The notes beneath the pieces were generated by a model. It was given only the letters and a program-made list of their open reading frames with translations, did no database searches and was not told the DNA's origin. Of a stretch of DNA of 64,000 bases, positions 19,102-29,068 are shown in pieces. The translations under genes were made by a program, and so were the position numbers. Position 1 is the first letter of the stretch. Each line of letters starts with the position of its first letter. The DNA lies in the NCBI GenBank assembly GCA_963832745.1, contig CAWHVC010000004.1:203604-267603 (forward strand). Reading direction: 5' to 3'. Source of the stretch: Candidatus Bathyarchaeota archaeon. GTDB lineage: Archaea > Thermoproteota > Bathyarchaeia > Bathyarchaeales > Bathycorpusculaceae.

Positions 19102-20811
19102 CTATTTCGGAAGGGTGCCGAGTTTTGAGCGGGTTTGTGCAAGTTGCTCGTCAAGTTTTGCTTCGTCTGTTTCGATTTTGTGGAATAGCGGTGTGGGTTT
19201 AGCGATTTTGTGTCCTCCTTCAATTGGCACGGTAGCGTCACTCCATTTTGAAACGTTTCCTGGCAGTTGCAGTGTGTGCCATAGCTGTTCAGCGGTTTGT
19301 GGCATGAACGGTGCTGAAACGACGGTGCATGCTTTGACCACTTGTGCTGCAACATAGAATATTGTGCCTGCTTTCTCCTTGTCGGTCTTCATGAGGTTCC
19401 ATGGTTCTTTGGTGTTAAGGTACTGGTTACCAATTCGGCTAATGCTGATGAGCGTAGTGGCGGCTGATTGTAGCCATCCGTCTTCAAATTCTTTAGCGGC
19501 TTGCTCAACCTTCGCTTTTACAGCGTCGAGAACTGCTTGGTCATCCGCCTCAAGCTTGGTTGGCGCTGGAATGGTACCTTCAAACTTGCTTGTGATAAAC
19601 GAGAGTGTGCGGTGAATGAAGTTGCCAAAGGTGTCGTTTAGGTCATTGTTGATTTTGTCTGCAAAGGCGCTCCATGTGAAGTTAGTGTCTTTGCTTTCGG
19701 GGCGGGTTGCCATGAGGAAGAAGCGCCAGTAGTCCACTGGGAACATTTCTAAGGCTTCGTCTATCCAGATGCCGACACGTTGACTTTTAGAGGCTTTCTG
19801 GCCGCGGAACTGCAGGAATTCTGTCGCGGAAACGTTCCATGGCAGGTTGTAGCCTTGACCAGACGCCAACAGTAGCGCGGGCAGGATGATGGTGTGGAAC
19901 GGAATGTTGTCTTTGCCTACAAAATAGAGTGTTTTAGCTTGGTTGTTTAGCCAGAACTCCCGCCATTTCTCAGGCTGTCCTAACTGTTGAGACCGCTCAA
20001 TCGTTGCCGAAACGTAGCCCAGCACGGCGTCTACCCAAACGTAGATGGTTTTTCCTTCTGCGCCCTCAAACGGTGCAGGGATGCCCCAGTCAATGTCTCG
20101 GGTGACAGCTCGGGGTTTTAAGCCTTCTTTTATCCAGTTTAGGCTGAAACTTTTCACGTTAGCGGGCAGTTGCTGGTTAGTTTTAAGATACTCGGTTAAG
20201 GGTTCGGCGAGTTTGGAGAGGTCAATGTACCAGTGCTTGGTCGTTTTGACTATTGGCTTGTTTTTGCAAATTGTACAGTACGGTTCCACGAGCAGTGTGG
20301 GTTCAAGCAGTTTGCCGCATGCGTCACATTGGTCACCTCGGGCTTTCTCGCAGCCGCAGTAGGGACATTTGCCTTCCACGAAACGGTCAGGCAAGAAGCG
20401 TTGGTCATGTTCACAGTAGAGCATTTGGGTTTCTTGCTCGAAAATATAACCATTTCTTTGAATTTCAAGAAGCGTTTTTTGGACGAATTCCTTGTGAACT
20501 GGGCTTTCAGTACAGGTGTAATTGTCATAGGAGGCGCCCCAGCGGCGGAAAAGTTCTGCAACTTTGGCGTGGTTGCGGTCTGTTAACTCTTTTGGGGTTA
20601 TGCCCTGTTTTATGGCTTCCACTTCGATTGGGGTGCCATGTTCGTCTGAACCGCTGACAAACAGGACGTCGTCGCCTTTTAGTCGATAATAGCGTGCAGT
20701 GACATCCGCGGATAATACGGAGCCGACGAGGTTTCCAAGGTGCGGCGTCACGTTAATGTAAGGCCATGCTGAAGTAACTAAAACTTTATCTGGCAAACTA
20801 TGTGTCTCCAA
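19102..20811 (-). CDS. metG: methionyl-tRNA synthetase
   Basis: TSAWPY-HLGN, GSDEHG, Zn knuckles, YVWVDA, GKDNIPFH, KASKS; start probably TTG near 20796-20814. Confidence 0.95.
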   Translation of the reverse strand: METHSLPDKVLVTSAWPYINVTPHLGNLVGSVLSADVTARYYRLKGDDVLFVSGSDEHGTPIEVEAIKQGITPKELTDRNHAKVAELFRRWGASYDNYTCTESPVHKEFVQKTLLEIQRNGYIFEQETQMLYCEHDQRFLPDRFVEGKCPYCGCEKARGDQCDACGKLLEPTLLVEPYCTICKNKPIVKTTKHWYIDLSKLAEPLTEYLKTNQQLPANVKSFSLNWIKEGLKPRAVTRDIDWGIPAPFEGAEGKTIYVWVDAVLGYVSATIERSQQLGQPEKWREFWLNNQAKTLYFVGKDNIPFHTIILPALLLASGQGYNLPWNVSATEFLQFRGQKASKSQRVGIWIDEALEMFPVDYWRFFLMATRPESKDTNFTWSAFADKINNDLNDTFGNFIHRTLSFITSKFEGTIPAPTKLEADDQAVLDAVKAKVEQAAKEFEDGWLQSAATTLISISRIGNQYLNTKEPWNLMKTDKEKAGTIFYVAAQVVKACTVVSAPFMPQTAEQLWHTLQLPGNVSKWSDATVPIEGGHKIAKPTPLFHKIETDEAKLDEQLAQTRSKLGTLPK

Positions 20812-20942
20812 CAAATCGTTAAGTCTCAACCTTATTAAAATTGCTATCCAAACAAAAAATTCAACTTTTAAGTGGTAATTAGCCAGCTGTTTGGCAACGC
20901 TTAAATCCAGATTCAAAAATACATTTACATCAGGTCAAACTT

Positions 20943-22046
20943 ATGCCTTACTGCCGAAGATGCGGAGCCAAACTTGCTGACGATGCACAATACTGTTACA
21001 ACTGCGGCGCCCCAGTTATTCCTCCAACAACCCAGACTTCGTCTCCTCCTCCACAGTCAAGAGCCTACGAAAGCCCCCATAGTCGCCCCCTGCGAAAGAA
21101 TCCTCTATTCATTCCCGTCATGGTCATAATCGCCATTACCATTTCAGCCTTGGTTATAGCCGCTTTTGCTGCTGCACCGATTAACCCTGTAAATTTCAAA
21201 GAGCAAAGCCAAATCCCAATATCAGGTCAAAACAAGTTAAACCTAGATTTTCAAGCTGACATCGGCGACATCAACGTTTACACCAACCTCACCGGCGATA
21301 GCATGTTGCTTATGGATGTTTCAGCAACCGGTGGCACCAGCATTTTTGGGTCAGATCAACCTGTAAAGTTTGATGTTCAAAACAGCACTGCTAATGGCAC
21401 GCAAATGGTTACGGCCGTTGTTTCTTCACCGATGAATTTCCCGTTCGCCGGAAACCTGCATGTGATCTGCAACATCTATGTTAACCCTCAAGCAAACTTG
21501 GCACTTAACGTGCATTCGGATGTTGGTGAAGTCTACATGGAAGCGGGTTTGAACGCAAAAATTGAGTTGCTTAAGCTTGAAACAATCACTGGCAGCACAA
21601 ATTTGAATCTTCAGAAAGGCGCTACTGTTAAAGGTGGTTTAACGCTTTCAACAGCAACAGGCACTGTTTGGTTTAGTATTAACCAAGTTAATGTTAATGG
21701 AAATGTAACTATCGATTTAGGTTCAGGTACTGGTAACGTGGAAATGGACATTAATCAAACGCAGAAGTTTAACGGTAACCTACAATTAAACGCTCACACT
21801 GGCACCGGTAACGTAAACCTTAATCGAATGCTAATAGATGGTGAAGTAGCCACAAAAATTCAATCTAACACTGGTCTTGGCCAAATACACGTTAACGTGC
21901 AAAACTTTAACGGGAACCAGTCGCCGATTCAATCAAACAATTACCCATCCAACTGCAACATCAACATGAACCTAAACACTGGCGTAGGCAACATCAACTT
22001 AAACGCTGTATACCAGACAACGATGGCGCCTACCCTTAGAGTTTAA
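20943..22046 (+). CDS. zinc-ribbon + TM + adhesin-like (DUF4097-like) beta-repeat protein
   Basis: CRRCG...CYNCG, TM helix, repeated TGxGxV/I beta motifs. Confidence 0.7.
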   Translation: MPYCRRCGAKLADDAQYCYNCGAPVIPPTTQTSSPPPQSRAYESPHSRPLRKNPLFIPVMVIIAITISALVIAAFAAAPINPVNFKEQSQIPISGQNKLNLDFQADIGDINVYTNLTGDSMLLMDVSATGGTSIFGSDQPVKFDVQNSTANGTQMVTAVVSSPMNFPFAGNLHVICNIYVNPQANLALNVHSDVGEVYMEAGLNAKIELLKLETITGSTNLNLQKGATVKGGLTLSTATGTVWFSINQVNVNGNVTIDLGSGTGNVEMDINQTQKFNGNLQLNAHTGTGNVNLNRMLIDGEVATKIQSNTGLGQIHVNVQNFNGNQSPIQSNNYPSNCNINMNLNTGVGNINLNAVYQTTMAPTLRV

Positions 22047-22110
22047 GCTGGTTAACGCCTTAACGTTTAAAACCTTGCCTAACCATTAGAAAAAGTGAAG
22101 GTGCATTTTT

Positions 22111-22353
22111 TTGGCAGAAAGAAAAATTTCTAAACAAGAGTTAGAAGAAAATAATGGAAAAGAAGGTAAACCAGCATATTTTGCGTATAAAGGAAAAGTT
22201 TACGAAGCTACCGATAGTGCAATGTGGATGGATGGAGAACACATGGGCATGCATCAAGCCGGCAAAGACTTAACTGACGACATGGATATGGCGCCTCACG
22301 GTCCAGAAAATGTTGAACGCGTAAAATACATCGGCGAATTAGCCGACTCCTAA
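22111..22353 (+). CDS. cytochrome b5-like heme/steroid-binding domain protein
   Basis: GKEGKPAYFAYKGKVYE, GEHMGMHQAGKDLT, APH. Confidence 0.88.
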   Translation: MAERKISKQELEENNGKEGKPAYFAYKGKVYEATDSAMWMDGEHMGMHQAGKDLTDDMDMAPHGPENVERVKYIGELADS

Positions 22354-23591
22354 AACAGACACTGCAACACGCCATCAACCCGAAGCAAGTTCTCGGTTAT
22401 TTTCTTTTTATCTTCAACACCAATTTTCTCTTTAAATCCTTCAAGTTCAATCATGGTTTCGTATAAGCTGTCAAAGGCTGTTTTTAAGTCTAAATTGTCA
22501 TTCATGGCCTCTTCGAAACCTGAAACAATTTTTTCCACAAGCACTTTGACCTTTTCTGATTCCTGTTTACTGTTAGGCTCTGTCTTTTGTAGGTCAGCAA
22601 TTTTCGCCTTTAAATTATCCAATTTTTTGGTTGTTTCGGCAAGCTTTTCAAAAGTGAAGTCCAACGTTTCCCTGTAGCAGCCGTAAATCAAAAAGAATCT
22701 CATCTTTCCGCCACTGTAACCATTTGCTTGTAGATCTTTGGGGTAATACACGTTGCCTTTGCTTTTAGACATCTTTTCCCCATCCACGTACAGGTGGCCA
22801 CCGTGAAGCCAGTAACGGGAAAACTGTCGCCCCGAAACCGACTCTACAACCGCAATAGTGTAATCATGATGCCTAACCAAATTGTCAACTCCACCACAGG
22901 CAACATCAATCTCGAAACCCAAATGTTTAGTTACAATCGCTGGGTCCTGAACGTTCCAAGCTGGTCTGCCAGTACCGACAGGAGTTTTGTAGCAGATGTC
23001 ACTTTTTGGGCAGCCATGCCAAAGAATAAAGTCACCCATGTTCCAAGGTGTACCTGGATACGTGTCCTTATGGAATCTACGCCGTTTTTTTGGCCATTTG
23101 CTCATGTCCAGATGCGCCAGTTTACCAAACCCTTCAAATTTAAGAGGGTCAAAATACACGTTTTCTTCTCCCTTGTAACAGTAATAATAGGCTGCTCCAC
23201 AATCGACAAGTTTGGTGATAAGCATAGCCGCTTGGTCCACCGCCGTGGACGCCCTAACCGCGAAGTTAGGCGTTTTGATTCTCAGGAATTTAAAATCGTT
23301 AAAAAAAGTTTTTTCGTTTCGGCTTGATAGTTCCTCGACTGTAAGGTTTTCTTTTTTTGCTTGCTCGATGGCTTTGTCTTCCACATCGGTTAAAGTGATT
23401 AGCCGCGTTACTTTGTAGCCTAAATATTCAAGGTACCTTTGCAGGATGTCTTCAAAAAGAAACGTGCGGTAGTTGCCAATGTGCGCTGGCTGATAAGTTG
23501 ACGGCCCGCAAGTGTACATTTTAACTTGCCCTTCTTCTCTGGGTTTGAAGGGCTCAACTTTTTTGGTCAGGGTGTTGTAAATGTTTAGCAA
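22350..23591 (-). CDS. cysteinyl-tRNA synthetase-like class I ligase (divergent, lacks anticodon domain)
   Basis: MYTCGP, HIGN, TDVEDK and KMSKS present; GRPAWNVQD and HHDYT replace GRPGWHIEC and HHENE; 413 aa. Confidence 0.8.
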   Translation of the reverse strand: MLNIYNTLTKKVEPFKPREEGQVKMYTCGPSTYQPAHIGNYRTFLFEDILQRYLEYLGYKVTRLITLTDVEDKAIEQAKKENLTVEELSSRNEKTFFNDFKFLRIKTPNFAVRASTAVDQAAMLITKLVDCGAAYYYCYKGEENVYFDPLKFEGFGKLAHLDMSKWPKKRRRFHKDTYPGTPWNMGDFILWHGCPKSDICYKTPVGTGRPAWNVQDPAIVTKHLGFEIDVACGGVDNLVRHHDYTIAVVESVSGRQFSRYWLHGGHLYVDGEKMSKSKGNVYYPKDLQANGYSGGKMRFFLIYGCYRETLDFTFEKLAETTKKLDNLKAKIADLQKTEPNSKQESEKVKVLVEKIVSGFEEAMNDNLDLKTAFDSLYETMIELEGFKEKIGVEDKKKITENLLRVDGVLQCLF

Positions 23592-23608
23592 TACGGCGTG
23601 GTTCTCCG

Positions 23609-24085
23609 TTATGTGGCAGCGGCTTGTTGTGTCTCTATTTCTTTTAGGGCTTTTTCTGCTTCTTGTACGTGTTGTTCAGCGTGGGTTTGGCTCTCAAAAA
23701 TGCTGCGGACAATGCCTTGCTTGTCGATGACGTAGGTGACTCTACCTGGAACGATTCCCATAGTTGAATGCACCCCATATAGTTCCCTAACCTTGTGGTC
23801 AGCATCGCTTAACAGGATAAAGGGTAAACCATAATGAGTGGCAAATTTCATGTGAGATTCGATGCTTTGGCTGCTAACGCCGAGCACTTCTGCTCCTAGA
23901 CTTGTTAATTCTTGGTAGTTGTCGCGGAAACTGCAGGCTTCTTTGGTGCAGCCCGGTGATTCATCTTTAGGATAAAAATACAGGACAATATTTTTTTTGC
24001 CAAGAAACTCTGAGAGGGTTACGTTGTCGCCCATTTGGGATGGAAGCGTAAAATCGGGTGCTTTATCGCCTACTTTAACAGCCAA
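23609..24085 (-). CDS. bcp: peroxiredoxin, BCP/PrxQ family
   Basis: [20 protein letters not shown]. Confidence 0.92.
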   Translation of the reverse strand: MAVKVGDKAPDFTLPSQMGDNVTLSEFLGKKNIVLYFYPKDESPGCTKEACSFRDNYQELTSLGAEVLGVSSQSIESHMKFATHYGLPFILLSDADHKVRELYGVHSTMGIVPGRVTYVIDKQGIVRSIFESQTHAEQHVQEAEKALKEIETQQAAAT

Positions 24086-24201
24086 AAAATTTCACCACAA
24101 ACAAAAAGCCACTGTCAGCTATTATCTTTTTCGCAGATTATAAAATGGCAAATAGGGTTTTTAAGCGTCATCAGTGTTAACCAAAACATAGGCAGATCCT
24201 T

Positions 24202-24807
24202 ATGGAAAAAAAGTTATCCTTAAACGGTTACAAATGCCCCGCACTTGTAAATAAGGTGCCCGGTGTTCCAATAGTTTTCTTGCATGGTTTATCTTATAAC
24301 ATTGAAATCTGGAACCGAATCGGCATAACTGATGTTCTTGACGAAAAACATGTACCCTACCTTGCTTTAGACATGCCATACGGCGAGAAAAGCCAATGCA
24401 AACCAAAAACTCGTGACCCAGAAAAAAACGTAACCTTCGTCTATGAGGCTATAGAAAACGTTTTTGGAGGTCCATTACCTCCTGTTCTGGTTGGCGCAAG
24501 CATCGGCGGTAACATGGCGCTTCATTTTGCTTCCCGATTTCCGGTGAAGGGGCTCGTGCTTGTTGGTCCTGCCCGGGCGCTCGAAGAAGATTTAGTGCAT
24601 GCTTACGGCAGCTTTAAGTTTCCGTCAACCATTATTTGGGGTTCTGAAGACACCATAATTGCCAGCGAAAACATGCGGACCTTGGCTGACAAGTTGCCGA
24701 ATTCTAAACTGATTGTCTATCAGGGCGCGAAGCATTCAGCTTACAAGGATGAACCAGACAGGTTCAAACGTGACTTGTTGGAGCTTTACATTAACGCTGA
24801 AATTTAA
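24202..24807 (+). CDS. alpha/beta hydrolase
   Basis: VFLHG, GASIGG nucleophile elbow, WGSED, AKH. Confidence 0.88.
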   Translation: MEKKLSLNGYKCPALVNKVPGVPIVFLHGLSYNIEIWNRIGITDVLDEKHVPYLALDMPYGEKSQCKPKTRDPEKNVTFVYEAIENVFGGPLPPVLVGASIGGNMALHFASRFPVKGLVLVGPARALEEDLVHAYGSFKFPSTIIWGSEDTIIASENMRTLADKLPNSKLIVYQGAKHSAYKDEPDRFKRDLLELYINAEI

Positions 24808-25370
24808 AGGCCTTTTCTTGCCAGTACCAAGTAATGGTAGGGTCCAACATCAAAGCTGCATTGAACCATTAAACCGTGTGAACGCATCATGTTAGTCACG
24901 GTTACTTCATCAAATTTAATGTCCAACGGTGGACCCACCGGTATTTCTTCTTTCTTCCAGTCTAAATCAGCAACGATGCCATCCATTTTTAACATGTCCC
25001 TCGCGTTAGACAGAACTTGTTCAGGATAATCAAAATCGTGCAAGTCCATGCTAAAGAACACAATGTCGGCGCAGTTTTTGCAGAAAACCGTTTCCTCTGC
25101 TTTGCCCGCGGTTGCAGTGATGTTGTTGTAGCCTTCTTCTTTGGCTCTCTTTTGAATTTTCTCAATTGACTTTGGGTCAATATCGACTGCGTAGACTTTG
25201 CCTTTTTCGCCTACAATTTTTGCCGCTAAAAAGGTGAAATAGCCATCGCCGCAGCCTACGTCAACAAAAGTCATGCCTTCCCCTAGTTCAACCGCTTCTA
25301 AGATATCGTCCGGATTATACCATGAACGCCGTTTAGCCTCATCTAAGCTGAATCCACCATGACAAACCAT
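24804..25370 (-). CDS. class I SAM-dependent methyltransferase
   Basis: VDVGCGDG, VYAVD motifs. Confidence 0.88.
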   Translation of the reverse strand: MVCHGGFSLDEAKRRSWYNPDDILEAVELGEGMTFVDVGCGDGYFTFLAAKIVGEKGKVYAVDIDPKSIEKIQKRAKEEGYNNITATAGKAEETVFCKNCADIVFFSMDLHDFDYPEQVLSNARDMLKMDGIVADLDWKKEEIPVGPPLDIKFDEVTVTNMMRSHGLMVQCSFDVGPYHYLVLARKGL

Positions 25371-25382
25371 AACATTGCCTCT

Positions 25383-25682
25383 TTACTGTTGTCCAAGCAT
25401 TTCCTTAATTTGCTTTTCGTGGGTTTGCCTGGTTGTTAACGGGTAAATTTCTCGTTCGCACTCAAAGAACAGTGGGTCTTGCCCAATAATTTTTGGGAGT
25501 GCCTCGTCAGATTCAGCGTTAACGATTAGCATGCTGCCTTGATGCCCAATCAGGTGATAGCATGATTCTAAAGTTTTGGCTTTTTCTAAGGATTCAAAAT
25601 ATCGGAATTGTAACGGTAAAAACCGTGACCATTTTTCTAGGGGAACTTCACGTTTTACTTTTTGAATAATCAAGAATTTCAT
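25383..25682 (-). CDS. small ferredoxin-like fold protein (muconolactone isomerase/DUF3303-like)
   Basis: MKFLII...IVNAES...DPLF...IYPL pattern; GGAGG upstream. Confidence 0.55.
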   Translation of the reverse strand: MKFLIIQKVKREVPLEKWSRFLPLQFRYFESLEKAKTLESCYHLIGHQGSMLIVNAESDEALPKIIGQDPLFFECEREIYPLTTRQTHEKQIKEMLGQQ

Positions 25683-25784
25683 AAATAAGGTACCTCCTTA
25701 GACAAAGCACTATAAAATATAAAACATTTATGAAAAAAATTCAAAAGTAAGAAAACAAAAAGATGCTTAAGTCACTCTTGCACT

Positions 25785-25940
25785 TTATTCTTTCTTTTCG
25801 TTGCTTTTCATCATTTCTGGAATCTTTGTGCCTGCCTTAGACATTGCCTCTTTGACCACGTCCATTAGTTCGTCGTTGACTTCCATTTCGATGGTGAGTT
25901 TTAGTTTTCCGCTTTTTGAGGGCATTGCTGTTTCAGTCAT
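25785..25940 (-). CDS. hypothetical 51-aa protein (not in ORF track)
   Basis: Manual translation MTETAMPSKSGKLKLTIEMEVNDELMDVVKEAMSKAGTKIPEMMKSNEKKE; AGGAGGTG upstream; overlaps the stop of the upstream ORF. Confidence 0.6.
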   Translation of the reverse strand: MTETAMPSKSGKLKLTIEMEVNDELMDVVKEAMSKAGTKIPEMMKSNEKKE

Positions 25941-26244
25941 GGAACCACCTCCTGAACCGTTTTAGCTGTTTTGGAAAAATGTTACCGACAAGCCGAATTG
26001 CCTGCTTTCCTGTTAAATCTAAATCCATGGAGATTCGGTAATGGAACTTGCCAAGCCTTTTAGTATGCGCCTTGTAACTGCATATTGCGCCTAACTCTTT
26101 ATACCGCCGCAACCGCTGGTTAAGGTAAAATGTGATTGCAGTAGGCGCTAACGGTTCAAACACTAACACAATGCGAAACAAAACTCGCGTCGCGCTCTCC
26201 ATCAGCGACTCAGAAACAGATTCTTCCAAAACAGGCAACCTCAC
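25933..26244 (-). CDS. hypothetical protein
   Basis: 103-aa ORF translationally coupled to the 51-aa ORF. Confidence 0.55.
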   Translation of the reverse strand: MRLPVLEESVSESLMESATRVLFRIVLVFEPLAPTAITFYLNQRLRRYKELGAICSYKAHTKRLGKFHYRISMDLDLTGKQAIRLVGNIFPKQLKRFRRWFHD

Positions 26245-26360
26245 ATTTTAAAACTTAGCGCTCAAATTGAGAAACTGGCTTGCAAAACTCAAATCTAGTT
26301 GAAGGGCGCGAATTTTTTAAGGATGTGTGACTGTCAATATGCAACTACAAGACGGGTTGG

Positions 26361-26873
26361 TTGTTTGTGTCACTCGAAGAAATCAGCATGCAGGTTCAAC
26401 AATGTAAAAAGTGCCGTTTGTGGCAAACCGCAAAGCATGGGGTTCCTGGAGAAGGTCCCTTTAACGCAAAAATCATGATAATTGGGCAAAATCCTGGCGC
26501 CGAAGAAGATCAAACCGGACGCCCCTTTGTTGGTAGGGCAGGCAAATTCTTAACCAAAACTTTGGCAGAGTTTGGCATAAAACGTGAAGAAGTCTTCATA
26601 ACCAACATTGTTAAGCACACTTCGCCAGAAAACCGCAAACCCTACAATGACGAGGTCGCCGCGTGCCTGCCATACCTGAATCAGCAAATTGCCATAATAA
26701 AACCGAAAATTGTTGTGCTGCTTGGTGCAAGCGCAAAAGAAACCCCGCGTGTGGAAGGTATTGAGTATTTTGAGATTGTTCATCCCTCAGCGGCTATGAG
26801 GTTCACAAAGATGCGTGAAAAATTCCGAGCGCAGCTTGTAGAGCTTGCAAAGCTGATTCAAGAGTTCAAATAG
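26361..26873 (+). CDS. uracil-DNA glycosylase family 4
   Basis: CKKCRL, VPGEG, GQNPGAEEDQTGRPFVGRAG, HPSA. Confidence 0.9.
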   Translation: MFVSLEEISMQVQQCKKCRLWQTAKHGVPGEGPFNAKIMIIGQNPGAEEDQTGRPFVGRAGKFLTKTLAEFGIKREEVFITNIVKHTSPENRKPYNDEVAACLPYLNQQIAIIKPKIVVLLGASAKETPRVEGIEYFEIVHPSAAMRFTKMREKFRAQLVELAKLIQEFK

Positions 26874-26986
26874 TGTTGGATTTAATTGATAGTTACGAGG
26901 TAAATCTGGTCAATAAAGTTTGACTAACCTTAGTCAAGAATCCTTTACAAAAATCCTTTTCAATATTAATTGATTAATCGCTAACT

Positions 26987-28324
26987 ATGAATAAACCTGC
27001 CGTTTCCGTCCTCTTGTTTTGCTTATTGTTATCATGTTTAGTAATGGTGCAAACTGGTAAGGCAGATTCTAGAACAATTGTTGTTCCCACTGATTATTCA
27101 ACAATCACTGAAGCTATTAACAACGCTGTGGACGGTGATTCAGTGTTTGTTAAAAGCGGCGTTTATCATGAAAACATGTTAGCAGTGAATAAGTCTATAT
27201 CACTTATCGGTGAGAACGTTAACAATACAATAGTTTACTTTAACCCGCCTGTACTTAACGTGACAGTTTTTTCAACACCCTTTCAAATAACTGATAATTC
27301 AATAAAAATTAACGCTGACAACGTTACCCTATCAAATTTCAGCTTCTTCTGTCCAGATGTTATCTCTTCAATTGCAGGCCCCGGCGGCATTGCTTCAATT
27401 ACAGGCAACAGTGTCACACTTGTCGGAAACAGTTTCCCGACAGGGCTTAAACTTGTTGGCTCATGCTCAACTATCATTGATAATGTTATAAAAGGTGGAA
27501 AATTCGAATTAATCGGTTCAAACAATATTTTAATAGAAAACACAATAATGGCTTCGGAGACTCCTGCAGTTTCCTGTGAAGGCTCATACAACATAATCGC
27601 TGGAAACAACGCAACAGGTTCCACAAGCTTCTATGTAGAAGGCTACTCCAATGTTCTGTTTAACAATACGCTGAACTTTGTGGATGGTTTAGATTTAGAC
27701 GGCACAGAGTGCGTTATAGCAAAAAACAGTTTGACATCTCTAATTGTCTTAGGTTCAAACAATACCGCTTATGGAAACAAGGTTACTCAAGGAATGACAA
27801 TATGCTGTTCGAACAGCGTTTTTTATGCAAACACTTTTTCGCTGATTTATTCTATTGTCTGGCGTAATGATGCAAATAACCAATTTTACCATAACAATTT
27901 TGACTGCAACATAACCTTTCGGGAAGACCAAGAAGTTGCTTCTTACTATTGGGACAATGGGCAGGAAGGCAATTATTGGCAGAATTACTCAGGTCATGAT
28001 TTTAATGGCGACGGTATCGGGGATGTACCTTTTAGTGTAAGTAATAACACTGTTGACCGTTATCCACTCATGCTGGCCTTTGATGTTATTAATACAACAA
28101 TAGACTTGCCTGACTGGGTAAGTATCTTTTTGGGGGATCAGCCAGCATATTCAATTATTCCACCAAAAGAAGTTCAAACTGCGTCGCCCATAGAAACTAA
28201 TGATGAGTTATCCTCTTATGTTTCGGTAATGTTGGTTAGCGTTTTAGTGGTATTGAGTATAGGCGTCGTTTTTGCTATCTTGGTTAAATCTGGCAAAATT
28301 CGCAACCTATTTGGATCCTATTAG
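26987..28324 (+). CDS. NosD/CASH parallel beta-helix cell-surface protein
   Basis: VPTDYSTITEAI, Asn-rich beta-helix repeats, WDNGQEGNYW...DGIGD...DRYPL, C-terminal TM. Confidence 0.85.
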   Translation: MNKPAVSVLLFCLLLSCLVMVQTGKADSRTIVVPTDYSTITEAINNAVDGDSVFVKSGVYHENMLAVNKSISLIGENVNNTIVYFNPPVLNVTVFSTPFQITDNSIKINADNVTLSNFSFFCPDVISSIAGPGGIASITGNSVTLVGNSFPTGLKLVGSCSTIIDNVIKGGKFELIGSNNILIENTIMASETPAVSCEGSYNIIAGNNATGSTSFYVEGYSNVLFNNTLNFVDGLDLDGTECVIAKNSLTSLIVLGSNNTAYGNKVTQGMTICCSNSVFYANTFSLIYSIVWRNDANNQFYHNNFDCNITFREDQEVASYYWDNGQEGNYWQNYSGHDFNGDGIGDVPFSVSNNTVDRYPLMLAFDVINTTIDLPDWVSIFLGDQPAYSIIPPKEVQTASPIETNDELSSYVSVMLVSVLVVLSIGVVFAILVKSGKIRNLFGSY

Positions 28325-28392
28325 AAATAGTATGCAGAAACCTATAGGGGGTAGGTGCTAATGGCTGAAAAATAAGCCATTAACATGTTGAA
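28317..28392. repeat. dispersed intergenic repeat, copy 1
   Basis: CCTATTAGAAA..GCAGAAACCTATAGGGGGTAGGTGCTAATGGCT..GCCATTA..ATGTTGAA, shared with 58040-58155. Confidence 0.85.
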
Positions 28393-28395
28393 GAG

Positions 28396-29004
28396 CTATT
28401 TCATTGGTTGCCTAATGACGGTTTTTAGTTTCTCGGGTGCGACTTTGGCTGCGTTATTTAGATAGATTTCGTGGTGTTTGCCGCTCAGTTGGTGTCCGCT
28501 TTTGTGGATGTAGTCGTGGATTTTGGCTACTGTGGAACCTTCTTCTGAGTATGGTCCAACGTAGAAGATTTGCGCCGATAAGCCCTCCTTAAAGCTTTCA
28601 AAACGGATTTTATCGATTGCCGGCAGATCCTTCTTTTTGCGTGCCTGTTCAATGGTGGCTTTTACGTCGGCTTCTTTGACGTATTGGAGCTGCATAATCA
28701 TGCTTGTCCATTTCCACTCGTCCTTGCGTTCCGTGCTGAATTCAGCCATGTTATCCATCCACCATAAGCCCTCAAGAGGCATAACCGCGTAATCGATGCT
28801 TTTGGCTTTTTTGACCATGAATTTTAGGGTGTAAGACACTGTGAAAAGCGCTTCAATGGATTGCATGTACTCTGTTGAGGAAGGAGCGCCTTGTCCGTCA
28901 ACCATCAAAAAATTCATTTCTGGAACATCAACAGTGCTAACCTCTTTAGCTGACGGGTTATACAACTGTCTTAGTTCCTTTTTTAAGTCAATTTTAGTGC
29001 CCAA
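28396..29004 (-). CDS. GyrI-like small-molecule binding domain protein
   Basis: KIDLKK...Y, MPLEGLWW, GPYSEE, GKHHEIYL, KTVIRQP; TTG start at 29004 preferred. Confidence 0.85.
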   Translation of the reverse strand: MGTKIDLKKELRQLYNPSAKEVSTVDVPEMNFLMVDGQGAPSSTEYMQSIEALFTVSYTLKFMVKKAKSIDYAVMPLEGLWWMDNMAEFSTERKDEWKWTSMIMQLQYVKEADVKATIEQARKKKDLPAIDKIRFESFKEGLSAQIFYVGPYSEEGSTVAKIHDYIHKSGHQLSGKHHEIYLNNAAKVAPEKLKTVIRQPMK

Positions 29005-29068
29005 ATAAGTGAACGCTCCAGTTTTCTGTAGCCTTATTGAAAATAAAAAGAAATTGCACAGGTTTATG

